DNA from: Aquificaceae bacterium
Lineage (GTDB): Bacteria > Aquificota > Aquificia > Aquificales > Aquificaceae
Direction of reading: 5' to 3'
DNA length: 64,000 nucleotides
Assembly: GCA_039630345.1 (NCBI GenBank)
Contig: JBCNVD010000039.1
Coordinates: 1-64,000, forward strand
Positions 18,821-28,141 of the stretch are shown here, piece after piece (the first letter of the stretch is position 1; each line of letters begins with the position of its first letter). The position numbers were made by a program, and so were the translations under genes. The notes beneath the pieces are model-generated. The model had not been told where the DNA came from and searched no databases. It saw only the letters and a program-made list of their open reading frames with translations.

Positions 18821-18920
18821 CTTGTCACCTCCAGACAAATCTCAGCTTATAAAAATATAATTAAGTGTGTTATTGGTATAAAGAGCTTTAATGCCCTTTT
18901 GGTTGTAAATTTATATACGG

Positions 18921-20744
18921 ATGGCTGAGTATGACTTTCAAAAAATAGAGTCAAAGTGGCAAAATATATGGCGCGAAAACTCCGCCTTTGAACTTGAGAG
19001 TTTTGACAACAAGCTGTATGTCCTTGAGATGTTCCCTTATCCTTCCGGGAACATACACATGGGTCATGTAAGAAACTATTCCATAGGGGATGCCCTTGCA
19101 AGGTTTATGAAAATGCTTGGGCATTCGGTTCTGCACCCTATGGGTTTTGACGCATTCGGCTTGCCTGCAGAGAATGCAGCCATCAAACATGGCGTCCACC
19201 CTGCCAAGTGGACCTACCAGAACATAGAAAACATGCGCAAGCAGCTGATGTCTCTTGGACTTTCGTATGACTGGAAGCGTGAGGTGATTACCTGTAGCCC
19301 TGAATACTATCACTGGAATCAATGGATATTCCTAAGACTTTATGAACATGGCCTTGTCTATAGACAATCGGCAGAGGTTAACTGGTGTCCAAATGATGAA
19401 ACCGTTCTTGCAAACGAGCAGGTCATAGAAGGTCGCTGCTGGAGATGCTCAACCGCCGTTGAGAGAAAGCAAGTCCCTTCGTGGTTTATACGCATAACAG
19501 CTTACGCCCAGCGTCTTCTGGACGACCTTGAAGAGCTAAGAGGTCTCTGGCCAGAGAGGGTAATAACCCAGCAAATAAACTGGATAGGAAGGTCCGAAGG
19601 GACAAAAGTCAGGTTTTTCGTAGAGGATATACCAATAGACGTCTTCACCACACGTGTTGATACGATATTTGGTGTTAGCTTCATAGCCCTTGCGCCTGAG
19701 CACCCGCTTGCAAAGGAGCTCTCTATAAAAGGCGGCTCTTCAAAAGCTCTTGATAGCTTTTTAGAAGAACTCTCTCACCTATCAACCCGTGAGCGCCAGA
19801 TAGCAACCGAGAAAAAAGGGCTCTTTCTGGGCGTTTATGCAAAACACCCACTAAGCAATCAGAAAGTTCCCGTTTTTGTCGCAAATTATGTTCTTTATGA
19901 ATATGGCACAGGGGCAGTTATGGGGGTCCCGGCACACGACTCTCGGGATTATGACTTTGCCATAAAATACGGTCTTGAGATAAAAAGAGTTGTTAAATCC
20001 GCTTCTGGCGATGAGGGTCTTCCCTTTGAAGAAGAGGGTATTTTGGTAAATAGCGATGTCTTTTCAGGACTTGATAGTAAATCTGCTAAAAAGGCAATCA
20101 CATCACGCCTTTGCGAAATTGGTCTTGGTGAGCTCCAGATTACATACCGCTTAAGAGACTGGAACATATCCCGCCAGAGATACTGGGGAACGCCTATTCC
20201 CATAATTCATTGTCCTTCCTGCGGTATAGTACCTTTAAGAGATGAGGACCTTCCGGTCTTGCTACCTACAGACATATCAATAACAGGGCATGGCAATCCT
20301 CTTGAAAGCTCTCAGGAGTTTGTAAATGTTAAATGCCCTCGCTGTGGCTCTTTAGCAAGGCGTGAGACAGATACGATGGATACTTTCTTTGACTCAAGCT
20401 GGTATTTTCTGAGGTTTTGTGACCCTAAAAATACCCAAAAACCTTTTGAACCTTCGCTTGCCTCGTCTTTGATGCCCATTGATTTCTACATAGGCGGTAT
20501 AGAACACGCGGTCCTTCATCTCCTCTATGCGAGATTTTTCCAGAAGTTTTTCTATGACCTTGGGATGACACCTTACAAAGAGCCTTTTCTAAGGCTTATC
20601 ACTCAGGGCATGGTTTTGAAAAGATGGTTGAGCGTGGAGAAACTTCTGGATAAACTTGGTCTGACAACCGAAGACTCAATAGATAACCTTAAGTTAAAAT
20701 TAAGCTCGCTGGAGGACCCTGAATGTCTAAGGAATTTGAAATAG
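18921..20744 (+). CDS. leuS: Leucyl-tRNA synthetase alpha subunit (split LeuRS)
   Basis: MFPYPSG..HMGH, CP1 editing motifs (FTTR, GTGAVMGVPAHD), RQRYWG, GGIEHA; ends soon after QGMVL with no KMSKS. Confidence 0.95.
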   Translation: MAEYDFQKIESKWQNIWRENSAFELESFDNKLYVLEMFPYPSGNIHMGHVRNYSIGDALARFMKMLGHSVLHPMGFDAFGLPAENAAIKHGVHPAKWTYQNIENMRKQLMSLGLSYDWKREVITCSPEYYHWNQWIFLRLYEHGLVYRQSAEVNWCPNDETVLANEQVIEGRCWRCSTAVERKQVPSWFIRITAYAQRLLDDLEELRGLWPERVITQQINWIGRSEGTKVRFFVEDIPIDVFTTRVDTIFGVSFIALAPEHPLAKELSIKGGSSKALDSFLEELSHLSTRERQIATEKKGLFLGVYAKHPLSNQKVPVFVANYVLYEYGTGAVMGVPAHDSRDYDFAIKYGLEIKRVVKSASGDEGLPFEEEGILVNSDVFSGLDSKSAKKAITSRLCEIGLGELQITYRLRDWNISRQRYWGTPIPIIHCPSCGIVPLRDEDLPVLLPTDISITGHGNPLESSQEFVNVKCPRCGSLARRETDTMDTFFDSSWYFLRFCDPKNTQKPFEPSLASSLMPIDFYIGGIEHAVLHLLYARFFQKFFYDLGMTPYKEPFLRLITQGMVLKRWLSVEKLLDKLGLTTEDSIDNLKLKLSSLEDPECLRNLK

Positions 20745-21016
20745 GTCTAAATCTCCTCAAAAAAGTCCAGCCAAGTCTTGAAGACCTTTTAAACACACAA
20801 GACCGCTTGATTGCACGAAAAATAGTCAACTCTATCATAAACCCAATTACCGCCAGCGCATACCAGCTCAAGGTAGGTGAAGGACCTGGCAGAGATGAGC
20901 TTTTGCCAAATGTGCTCCAGCTGGTTAGACTAATGCGGGATATGGACGACATTGAAAGTCTAAAAAGTGTTGTAAAGGAGCTACTTAGCACTCTCAGGAG
21001 TGTAAATGGCACATGA
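20723..21016 (+). CDS. Hypothetical protein
   Basis: 97-aa ORF overlapping leuS and coupled to panB. Confidence 0.7.
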   Translation: MSKEFEIGLNLLKKVQPSLEDLLNTQDRLIARKIVNSIINPITASAYQLKVGEGPGRDELLPNVLQLVRLMRDMDDIESLKSVVKELLSTLRSVNGT

Positions 21017-21795
21017 AAGGACTCACAATTAGAGACCTAAAGCGCAAAAAGTCTTCAGGTGAAAAGATAGTAATGGTCTCAACATATGATTATCTTAGCG
21101 CACAACTTTGTGAAAGTGCTGGGGTCGATTGTTTGCTAGTAGGTGATTCTCTGGGTATGGTCTTTCAGGGTAATCAGAGCACTCTCTCTGTAACCCTTGA
21201 AGAGATGATTTATCATGCAAGAGCTGTCAGAAGAGGAGCTCCCAATAGCTTTATTATTGTAGATATGCCGTTTATGAGTTATCAACTTGGTCCTGAGCAG
21301 GCTCTTATAAACTGTTCAAAGGTTATGAAAGAAACCGGCGCAAATGCGGTTAAACTGGAGGGCGGTGCATACCTCTCAGACACTATAAAAAAGCTCTTGC
21401 AAGCTGGCATACCTGTGGTAGGTCATGTGGGTTTAACCCCTCAGAGCGTAAATTTAATAGGTGGTTATAGATTAGTCGGTAAAGGTGAAGAATCTTCTTT
21501 AGTGGAGAAGGATGCTGTTGCTCTGGATGAGGCAGGAGTTTTTATGATAGTTTTTGAAAGCGTCCCTATGGAAATTCCAAAACGTCTATCCGAGAAAATA
21601 AATGCCATAAGTATAGGTATAGGAGCAGGTCCTTACTGCGATGGGCAGGTGTTGGTTTTTCACGACCTTGTTGGAATGACACCCAAGAGCCCAAAGTTTG
21701 TGAGGCGCTATATGAACGCTTATGAGAGCATGATGTCTGCTCTTGAGAGTTTTATAAAAGAAGTTAAAAGTGGTAAATTTCCGGAGGAGGAGTGA
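21013..21795 (+). CDS. panB: 3-methyl-2-oxobutanoate hydroxymethyltransferase
   Basis: LVGDSLGM, DMPFMSY, VKLEGG, GHVGLTPQ, IGIGAG, DGQVLV. Confidence 0.97.
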   Translation: MKGLTIRDLKRKKSSGEKIVMVSTYDYLSAQLCESAGVDCLLVGDSLGMVFQGNQSTLSVTLEEMIYHARAVRRGAPNSFIIVDMPFMSYQLGPEQALINCSKVMKETGANAVKLEGGAYLSDTIKKLLQAGIPVVGHVGLTPQSVNLIGGYRLVGKGEESSLVEKDAVALDEAGVFMIVFESVPMEIPKRLSEKINAISIGIGAGPYCDGQVLVFHDLVGMTPKSPKFVRRYMNAYESMMSALESFIKEVKSGKFPEEE

Positions 21796-21798
21796 ATC

Positions 21799-23508
21799 AT
21801 GGATGAGTTAAGACTACTTGAGTTTATGTCAAGGCTTGGATTTATTAAGCAAACTGATTTAGACCGTCTTCAAAAAGAGAGAAATAAAGATGAGGATTCT
21901 GTTAACGCCCTTCTGAGACTTGGTATTTTAAGTGATGAAAAGTTGATGGAATTTTATGGGCGGGTTATGGCACAGCGTATATGGAAGGGCAGCATCAACG
22001 ATGTTGATATACCAAATGAACTCAAAAACATCCTGCCACAGGACCTCTTGAGAAAGCACTACATAGCACCTGTAAAGAGAGAGAACGGTAAACTCGTAGT
22101 GGTTACCATAAACCCACTTAATCAGGCTGCCTTTAACGAGCTTCGCTTCAGGAGCAAGCTTGAAGCCATAGTAGTGCCCTATATAGCCCCCAGAAAGACC
22201 GTTGAGGAGATTCTAAACAAAATATACCCGCCTCTTGATTTGGATAGAATAAACGAGCAATTTGATGAAGGGGATGCAATAGAGGTCGAGGAAGAAGCTC
22301 CAGAACTTTCGGCGCAGGCGCTCGCTGCAGGTGCGGAAGAAGGACCGATCGTGAAAATGGCAAACGGTATCATTGCCGAAGCCATAACCCTGGGCGCTTC
22401 TGATATACATATAGAGCCTCAGGAAAGAGAGCTCGTAGTAAGATACAGAGTCGACGGCGTCTTGAGGGTTTTTCATAAGCTGCCGGCCAAATTCAAAGAC
22501 CCTCTCGCAGCGCGTTTTAAGATAATGTCAAAGCTGGATATTGCAGAAAAGCGAAAACCCCAGGATGGCAGAATCAGAACCACATACAAAGGCTCAAAGG
22601 TTGACCTGAGGGTCTCTACAGTACCTGCGGTTCATGGCGAAAAGGTCGTAATGAGGATTCAAGAAGCCGAGAAATACCTGAGAGTAAAACTTGATGACCT
22701 TGGTTTTGAGCCAGACGACCTTGAGAAGTTCAGAAGAGCAATCTGGCAACCCTGGGGCATGGTTCTTGTTACAGGTCCTACCGGTTCAGGTAAAACCACC
22801 ACCCTATATGCTTCTTTGATGGAGCGAAATGCCCCTGATGTTAACATAATGACAGCTGAAGACCCGGTTGAGGTGTCAATTCCAGGTCTTAATCAGGTTC
22901 AGGCAAATGACAAAATAGGACTCACCTTTGCAAGTATCCTGAGAGCCTTTCTAAGGCAAGACCCAGACATTATCCTTATAGGTGAGATACGTGACCAGGA
23001 AACTGCAGAAATTGCTATAAAGGCGTCTCTAACAGGTCACTTGGTTTTTTCAACGCTTCACACAAATGACGCACCCTCTTCGATAACTAGGCTGGTGGAT
23101 ATGGGAATAGAGCCTTTCCTGGTTGGTTCTTCGGTTATATTAATAGTTGCCCAGAGGTTAATAAGACGTCTGTGTCCTAAGTGTAAACTTGTTGACGATA
23201 CTCCAAGGGATGTGCTTTATAGACTTGGAGTGTTAAAATCCCCGGATGAGAATATAACAATTTATAAAGCCAATCCAGAAGGTTGTGACAACTGTAAAGG
23301 CAGTGGGTACAAAGGCAGAACTGCAGTGCACGAACTGCTAGAAATAGATGAAGATTTAAGAAAAATCATAGTCAAAGGAGCAAATGCAGAGGAGATAAGA
23401 GACCTTGCTCGCAAAAAAGGTATGAGAACGCTTTATGAAGCCGGAATTTTGCGCGTTAGAAAAGGCATAACATCCATAGCAGAAATTGAGAGGGTGCTTG
23501 CAAAATGA
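21799..23508 (+). CDS. pilB: Type IV pilus/T2SS assembly ATPase (PilB/GspE)
   Basis: ASDIHIEP, PQDGR, GPTGSGKTT, LRQDPD, TLHTND, CxxC pairs, GYKGR. Confidence 0.9.
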   Translation: MDELRLLEFMSRLGFIKQTDLDRLQKERNKDEDSVNALLRLGILSDEKLMEFYGRVMAQRIWKGSINDVDIPNELKNILPQDLLRKHYIAPVKRENGKLVVVTINPLNQAAFNELRFRSKLEAIVVPYIAPRKTVEEILNKIYPPLDLDRINEQFDEGDAIEVEEEAPELSAQALAAGAEEGPIVKMANGIIAEAITLGASDIHIEPQERELVVRYRVDGVLRVFHKLPAKFKDPLAARFKIMSKLDIAEKRKPQDGRIRTTYKGSKVDLRVSTVPAVHGEKVVMRIQEAEKYLRVKLDDLGFEPDDLEKFRRAIWQPWGMVLVTGPTGSGKTTTLYASLMERNAPDVNIMTAEDPVEVSIPGLNQVQANDKIGLTFASILRAFLRQDPDIILIGEIRDQETAEIAIKASLTGHLVFSTLHTNDAPSSITRLVDMGIEPFLVGSSVILIVAQRLIRRLCPKCKLVDDTPRDVLYRLGVLKSPDENITIYKANPEGCDNCKGSGYKGRTAVHELLEIDEDLRKIIVKGANAEEIRDLARKKGMRTLYEAGILRVRKGITSIAEIERVLAK

Positions 23509-23735
23509 AGATGCAGGAGCTGGACATCAGGGGCGAGGTTTGCCCCTTTACTTTCGTAAAAAGTAAGATAGCGATAGAGTCTATGCAGGTCGGTGAGGTG
23601 CTTAGAGTTTTGGTAGACTATGAACCATCAGCCAGAAGCGTTCCCAAAAGCATGCAAGAAGAGGGTCAGGAGGTCATAGCTGTTAATAAGCTTGATGAAA
23701 ATTTATGGGAAATAATACTCAGAAGAGTAAAATGA
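23505..23735 (+). CDS. tusA: TusA family sulfur carrier
   Basis: LDIRGEVCPFT motif, 76 aa. Confidence 0.9.
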   Translation: MKMQELDIRGEVCPFTFVKSKIAIESMQVGEVLRVLVDYEPSARSVPKSMQEEGQEVIAVNKLDENLWEIILRRVK

Positions 23736-24034
23736 AGGTGCTTTTTGTAGTAACCAGCAATCCCTTTTCAAAGGATTTTTTAACCCTGAAGATGCTAGTT
23801 AGAGCTCTATCGCAAAAAGCCGAGGTGAGCATATTCTTCTCCGGAAACGGGGCTTATTATATCCAGCGTCCCGGGATTGAATTTTTTAAAGAGCTGGGCG
23901 TTAGGCTCCTTTTCTGTGCTCATTCTGCTCATCAGCGCGGTATTTTGACCTACCCTGAATTTTGCGAAAGCAGCTCTACATATAATCTCTCAAAGCTATC
24001 AACTATCTTTGATAAAATCCTGGTTTTTAACTGA
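23732..24034 (+). CDS. DsrE/TusD-like sulfur relay subunit
   Basis: FFSGNG and FCAHSAHQRG (conserved Cys); ATG 23732 overlaps the tusA stop. Confidence 0.8.
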   Translation: MKVLFVVTSNPFSKDFLTLKMLVRALSQKAEVSIFFSGNGAYYIQRPGIEFFKELGVRLLFCAHSAHQRGILTYPEFCESSSTYNLSKLSTIFDKILVFN

Positions 24035-24378
24035 TGAAAAAGATTGCGTTTGTTTTAAAAGGTGACCCCTTTTCCTGGAAGTGCCACGAGAGCTTTAGAA
24101 TGGGCATGGCTATGGGTGTTAGCTGTGAAGTTAGTTTTATCTTTATAAAAGACGGGGTTTATGCCCTGACAAGATGGAAAGCAGGCGAGCTTGGCATTGA
24201 AGGTATGGATAGACTCCTGGAAAACATAGAGCATGTTAATTTAACAGCCTATGTGGAAGATGCCTCGATAGAGGAACGTGGTATAAGACCAGAAGAGCTT
24301 GTGATAAATGCCAATGTGGTAAGCCTTGAAGAGATAAAATCAATACTATCGCGCGCAAGCGCGGTTTTCGTATGGTAA
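24034..24378 (+). CDS. DsrF/TusC-like subunit
   Basis: FIKDGVYAL, SIEERGI. Confidence 0.8.
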   Translation: MKKIAFVLKGDPFSWKCHESFRMGMAMGVSCEVSFIFIKDGVYALTRWKAGELGIEGMDRLLENIEHVNLTAYVEDASIEERGIRPEELVINANVVSLEEIKSILSRASAVFVW

Positions 24379-24611
24379 ACACTCTCTGGCTTGTTAGGAA
24401 ACTTGGCGATTTTAGCTCCCAGATGGTGGAAGAGGATGATATCGTGGTTCTTATTCAGGACGGGGTTCTTCGCTTTCCCACAAGAAAAGGCTGGTTTGCC
24501 TGTTTAGAGGATGTAGAAGCCAGGGGCATTAATATTCCTCCGTCTTTGTGTAAATCATACGAAGAGATAGCGGAGCTGGTTTTAAAATCAAAAAGGGTGG
24601 TAGTCTGGTGA
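24372..24611 (+). CDS. DsrH/TusB-like subunit
   Basis: VLIQDGV, DVEARG, C-terminal VVW. Confidence 0.85.
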   Translation: MVNTLWLVRKLGDFSSQMVEEDDIVVLIQDGVLRFPTRKGWFACLEDVEARGINIPPSLCKSYEEIAELVLKSKRVVVW

Positions 24612-25102
24612 GGTGGCAAATTAGCAAAACCTTTCGCTTCGAAGCAGGGCATAGAGTCTGGAAGCAGAATCTAACTTGCGGAAGAGGGGCTGACTTCACC
24701 ATTAGCAAGGAAGTGCCTGTTAATAAGTGCGTGAACCTTCATGGGCATGGATATGTGCTTGAAGTAGTGCTTGGCTCTAATACGCTCTCAGAGCAGGATA
24801 TGGTGGTCGATTTTTACCATGTCAAAAATGCACTTAAAGACCTCATAGACGAAATGGACCATAGCTTTATCATCGATGTCAACGACCCTATGTTTGATGA
24901 GCTCTACAATGTTGCAAGGAAGTTCGGAGCTATGAAAATCTTCCCGGTGGATTTTTGCCCTACCGCAGAGGCACTTGCTAAGTTTTTTTATGAATTTCTA
25001 AACTCCAGACTTGAGGCTGCTAGGCTACTGGGAGAGGTAAAAGTAATGAGGGTAACGCTTTGGGAAACAGCTACCTCCAGGGCGGACTATTTCGGAGTCT
25101 GA
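24608..25102 (+). CDS. queD: 6-carboxy-5,6,7,8-tetrahydropterin synthase (QueD/PTPS family)
   Basis: FEAGHR, CVNLHGH, VVDF, MDH, PTAE, WET. Confidence 0.88.
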   Translation: MRWQISKTFRFEAGHRVWKQNLTCGRGADFTISKEVPVNKCVNLHGHGYVLEVVLGSNTLSEQDMVVDFYHVKNALKDLIDEMDHSFIIDVNDPMFDELYNVARKFGAMKIFPVDFCPTAEALAKFFYEFLNSRLEAARLLGEVKVMRVTLWETATSRADYFGV

Positions 25103-26961
25103 GTCTTAAGTTTGCCCTAAGGAACTCAAGAACCATAAGCCTAAACTGGCATTCAAACATAGAAATAGGCACGCGCGCTATTTTACCAGATGGTCAAGTA
25201 GGGATAGTGGTCGATGCCTATGTAAGTCAGGGAGAAGTCTCAAATATTTTATTCCCGGACCCGGGTCCTATAACAACTTTGGAGCATCTCAGAGCTTTCA
25301 AAACTACATGCTCCACCCTTGGGCTTTTGCCCTGGAAGACTCTATATGATTTGCTCCCTGCCACCTTTGGCCAATACGAAAAAGAGCGCCTCGAGGTTGG
25401 AAAGAGCTCCTCACTTGACAAAAAGAGCATGGAGGTTATTAACCTCCTCTCTGGCAGGTCTCTAAGCGCACGCACTCTCAAAAGCAAGCTCGGCGATGCT
25501 CACTTAAAGCGCCTTATATCACTCGGGATTTTAAAAAAAGTAAAATCCGAGCCCTATCGGGCTCGAGAATTCTCCCCCACTTCCCACCCAAGGGTCAAAA
25601 TAAGCAAGCGCCTTGAGGAGCTCCTTGACCTTCTCAGCGCCCTTGGCAAGGCTACCCTTTCTGAGTTAAACCTCAGAGGCTTTAATGCAAATCAGCTCAA
25701 CGCTCTCTTAAGGCGTGGACTTGTTGAAGAGCTGAGTATAAACCCTGCAGGGTTTAAGCCTCTAAGGTCTAAGTTCGAGAAAAATGTCTATTGCGCAACA
25801 TTTAAATCAATTTTTGAGAGAATTTATAGCCTTTGTAATTCAGTTAGTGGCTCTTTGCTGATTTTAAGTCAGGATAGAGATTTGCTTTTTGATCTTTCTG
25901 ATTATCTAATTAATAGAATATCAAAGAATATAATTTGCCTTTTTAAAGATGATAAGCCAGAAAACCTCTACTCAAACTATTTCAGCGCTCAATCCAAGAA
26001 TTGTATAATCCTTTCCGAGGACTTTGGTCTTTTGTTGCCTGCGTTTTCACTTCAGGCTATAGTCCTGTTAGGTAGTTTTAGAGAGTATTTTCCAATCTTG
26101 TTTGCTCAAAATCTCTGCAGGGAAATCTCATTGCCTCTTTACTCTTTTGATATCAGCACGAGACTCTTTTTCATAAAAGATGCAAAAGAAACTCAAATAC
26201 AAGAGCCAAATCTTTTGGTGCTTCAGAGAAACCCAAAAGAGATTCTAACAAAAAAAGCCAGAGAACTCCTAGAAAGAGACTTAAATCAAAGAGTATTGTT
26301 TCTAGTTAGCAAATCTGGTTACTCTTACGGATATTGCAAAAGCTGTAACACTTTGGTGCATTGTCCTGTCTGTCAAAGTCTACTCACTCTTGATAAGAAC
26401 CTATCAAAAGCCTACTGCACTAGCTGTGGTTATACTTCAGGAGCTTTTTGCCCTGAATGCAATCAAAGGCTTGTGCCCTCAGGGTTTGGCATAGATAGGC
26501 TCAAAGAAGAGGTGATGGCTCTATTTCCTGCCTCGGAGGGTTTTGAGTTCCATACTGTGCCTCCCCAAAGAGAAGAATACGACCTTGTAATTGTAACAAG
26601 CGCGGATCCAATTCTTTCAGTGCCCCGTTTTAACTCATTTTTTAATTATCTTGACTACATTCTAAGAGCAAGCAGGGTCTCAAAAGGCCTGACTCTGGTT
26701 CAAACTTCAGATATATCAAACCCCCTCTTGAAAGAATCAAAATTAGCCGAAATTTTTAAAAAACTACTCTATGAAAGGGAGAAAAAGTCGCTTCCTCCTT
26801 TTCAAGCGCTTATTGAGACCAGCTGTAATGTTGATGTGCCTTCGCAGGTTAATTTAGTAGCTCAAAATGATAAACTTTACATAACTGTCCCTACTTCTTA
26901 TCTTGCAGAAGTTATAAAATCTGTGTCAAAATATGGTGGTTTTGAACTTTTTCTCGATTAG
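25060..26961 (+). CDS. priA: PriA-like primosomal protein with degenerate helicase motifs (start uncertain)
   Basis: Four CxxC pairs (CKSC, CPVC, CTSC, CPEC) followed by GFGIDRLKEE and LPPF, as in the PriA Cys-rich region; N-terminal GIVV segment. Confidence 0.75.
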   Translation: MGNSYLQGGLFRSLSLKFALRNSRTISLNWHSNIEIGTRAILPDGQVGIVVDAYVSQGEVSNILFPDPGPITTLEHLRAFKTTCSTLGLLPWKTLYDLLPATFGQYEKERLEVGKSSSLDKKSMEVINLLSGRSLSARTLKSKLGDAHLKRLISLGILKKVKSEPYRAREFSPTSHPRVKISKRLEELLDLLSALGKATLSELNLRGFNANQLNALLRRGLVEELSINPAGFKPLRSKFEKNVYCATFKSIFERIYSLCNSVSGSLLILSQDRDLLFDLSDYLINRISKNIICLFKDDKPENLYSNYFSAQSKNCIILSEDFGLLLPAFSLQAIVLLGSFREYFPILFAQNLCREISLPLYSFDISTRLFFIKDAKETQIQEPNLLVLQRNPKEILTKKARELLERDLNQRVLFLVSKSGYSYGYCKSCNTLVHCPVCQSLLTLDKNLSKAYCTSCGYTSGAFCPECNQRLVPSGFGIDRLKEEVMALFPASEGFEFHTVPPQREEYDLVIVTSADPILSVPRFNSFFNYLDYILRASRVSKGLTLVQTSDISNPLLKESKLAEIFKKLLYEREKKSLPPFQALIETSCNVDVPSQVNLVAQNDKLYITVPTSYLAEVIKSVSKYGGFELFLD

Positions 26962-27032
26962 GGGACGTAGCTCAGTGGGAGAGCGCCTGCATCGCAAGCA
27001 GGAGGTCGGGGGTTCAACTCCCCTCGTCTCCA
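26961..27032 (+). tRNA. tRNA-Ala(CGC); no encoded CCA
   Basis: GGGGACG TA GCTC AGTGGGA GAGC G CCTGC ATCGCAA GCAGG AGGTC GGGGG TTCAACT CCCCT CGTCTCC A; G3:U70 pair. Confidence 0.97.
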
Positions 27033-27043
27033 GTTAAAATACC

Positions 27044-28132
27044 ATGCTAGAAATTTTTCTTAACATCCTTGGTTCAATATTGGTACTATATTTTATAGCT
27101 ACAATCACAAAAGAAACCGCCAAAGTTTTATCTTCTCTCGGGATTAAAGACATTCGAAACTATCCATTTTCTTCTTTTGGCTACATAGAACAAAATAACC
27201 TCAGGTTAAGAGTAGAATTCTATACGACAGATTATGGAAAGTTCCTCAGTATTGAGAGTTTAGAAAACATAGAGACTTTTATGATTTTCAGAACAGGTGA
27301 TCTTTTAAACTTTCTTCTCTATCCAAAATCCGTAGGTTTTGCAAGGGTTGAATATGATGATGCTCAGTCTTTTAATAAGATTCTGTTAAATCAAGAGTTT
27401 TTAAATACCCTGAAGGAACTATTTACGGATAGAAGACTCTACTCCGTTGAGCTCCAGAAGAAAAAATTAAAACTGGTTTTTCACTTTGGTATGGGATATA
27501 CCCCTACTGAACAAGACCTCAAAGATATAATTGATATGTTAAATCGTGTAAGATCAATAAAATTAGACATAAGAGATAGTATTTCTACGCACAGAATGAG
27601 AAGTCTTCTGGGTTTTTATACTCCTACGATTTTCTTATCGTCTCTTTTGATTTTTAGTCTTTTTCTGCCGGGATATAATTATCGCTATGTATGTCCAAAG
27701 CAGGCTATTTTTTATAGTTCTATCGGTATTTTCTACATTATTTTTCTCTATTTTTATCTGGTAGTATGGAGATTTTCAAATTTATCTAACTTTATCTCAA
27801 CTATTCTTAAGGGGTATATTGGTTATATTTGTGCGTTTTTTCTCAATTTTTCCCTTGTGCCTTTTATAAATGGTTACTTCGACACTTCTGATTATCAATA
27901 CAGACATGACACTATAGCCAAAAAGGTTCTTGTAAAGTCTACAGAGTTAGGTGATGTATATAAGGTCAAGCTCTCCAAGCTCCATGCTCAAAAGCCCTGG
28001 TGTGCAACACTTAAGGTAAAGGTATCAGATGAGTTTCATAACAGCTTAAGCATAGGTAGCGAGGTATTTTATAGGTCAAAAAGTGGTAGACTTGGGTTAG
28101 AATGGTTTGACGGAAGGCTTTATGTAAGATAG
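27044..28132 (+). CDS. Hypothetical membrane protein
   Basis: 362-aa ORF with an N-terminal TM and about three further hydrophobic segments; visibly AT-rich. Confidence 0.75.
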   Translation: MLEIFLNILGSILVLYFIATITKETAKVLSSLGIKDIRNYPFSSFGYIEQNNLRLRVEFYTTDYGKFLSIESLENIETFMIFRTGDLLNFLLYPKSVGFARVEYDDAQSFNKILLNQEFLNTLKELFTDRRLYSVELQKKKLKLVFHFGMGYTPTEQDLKDIIDMLNRVRSIKLDIRDSISTHRMRSLLGFYTPTIFLSSLLIFSLFLPGYNYRYVCPKQAIFYSSIGIFYIIFLYFYLVVWRFSNLSNFISTILKGYIGYICAFFLNFSLVPFINGYFDTSDYQYRHDTIAKKVLVKSTELGDVYKVKLSKLHAQKPWCATLKVKVSDEFHNSLSIGSEVFYRSKSGRLGLEWFDGRLYVR

Positions 28133-28141
28133 TGCTTTTAA

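Noticed and set aside
20600..21016. Possible frameshifted or pseudogenised leuS continuing into the next ORF
   Set aside because: The downstream 97-aa ORF has no KMSKS or LeuRS-like sequence, and a split alpha/beta LeuRS is established for this lineage
21013..21051. PanB N-terminus MKGLTIRDLKRKK resembles an encapsulin targeting peptide (LTIGSL-like)
   Set aside because: It matches the ordinary PanB N-terminal helix, lacks the GSL core and lies 11 kb from the encapsulin
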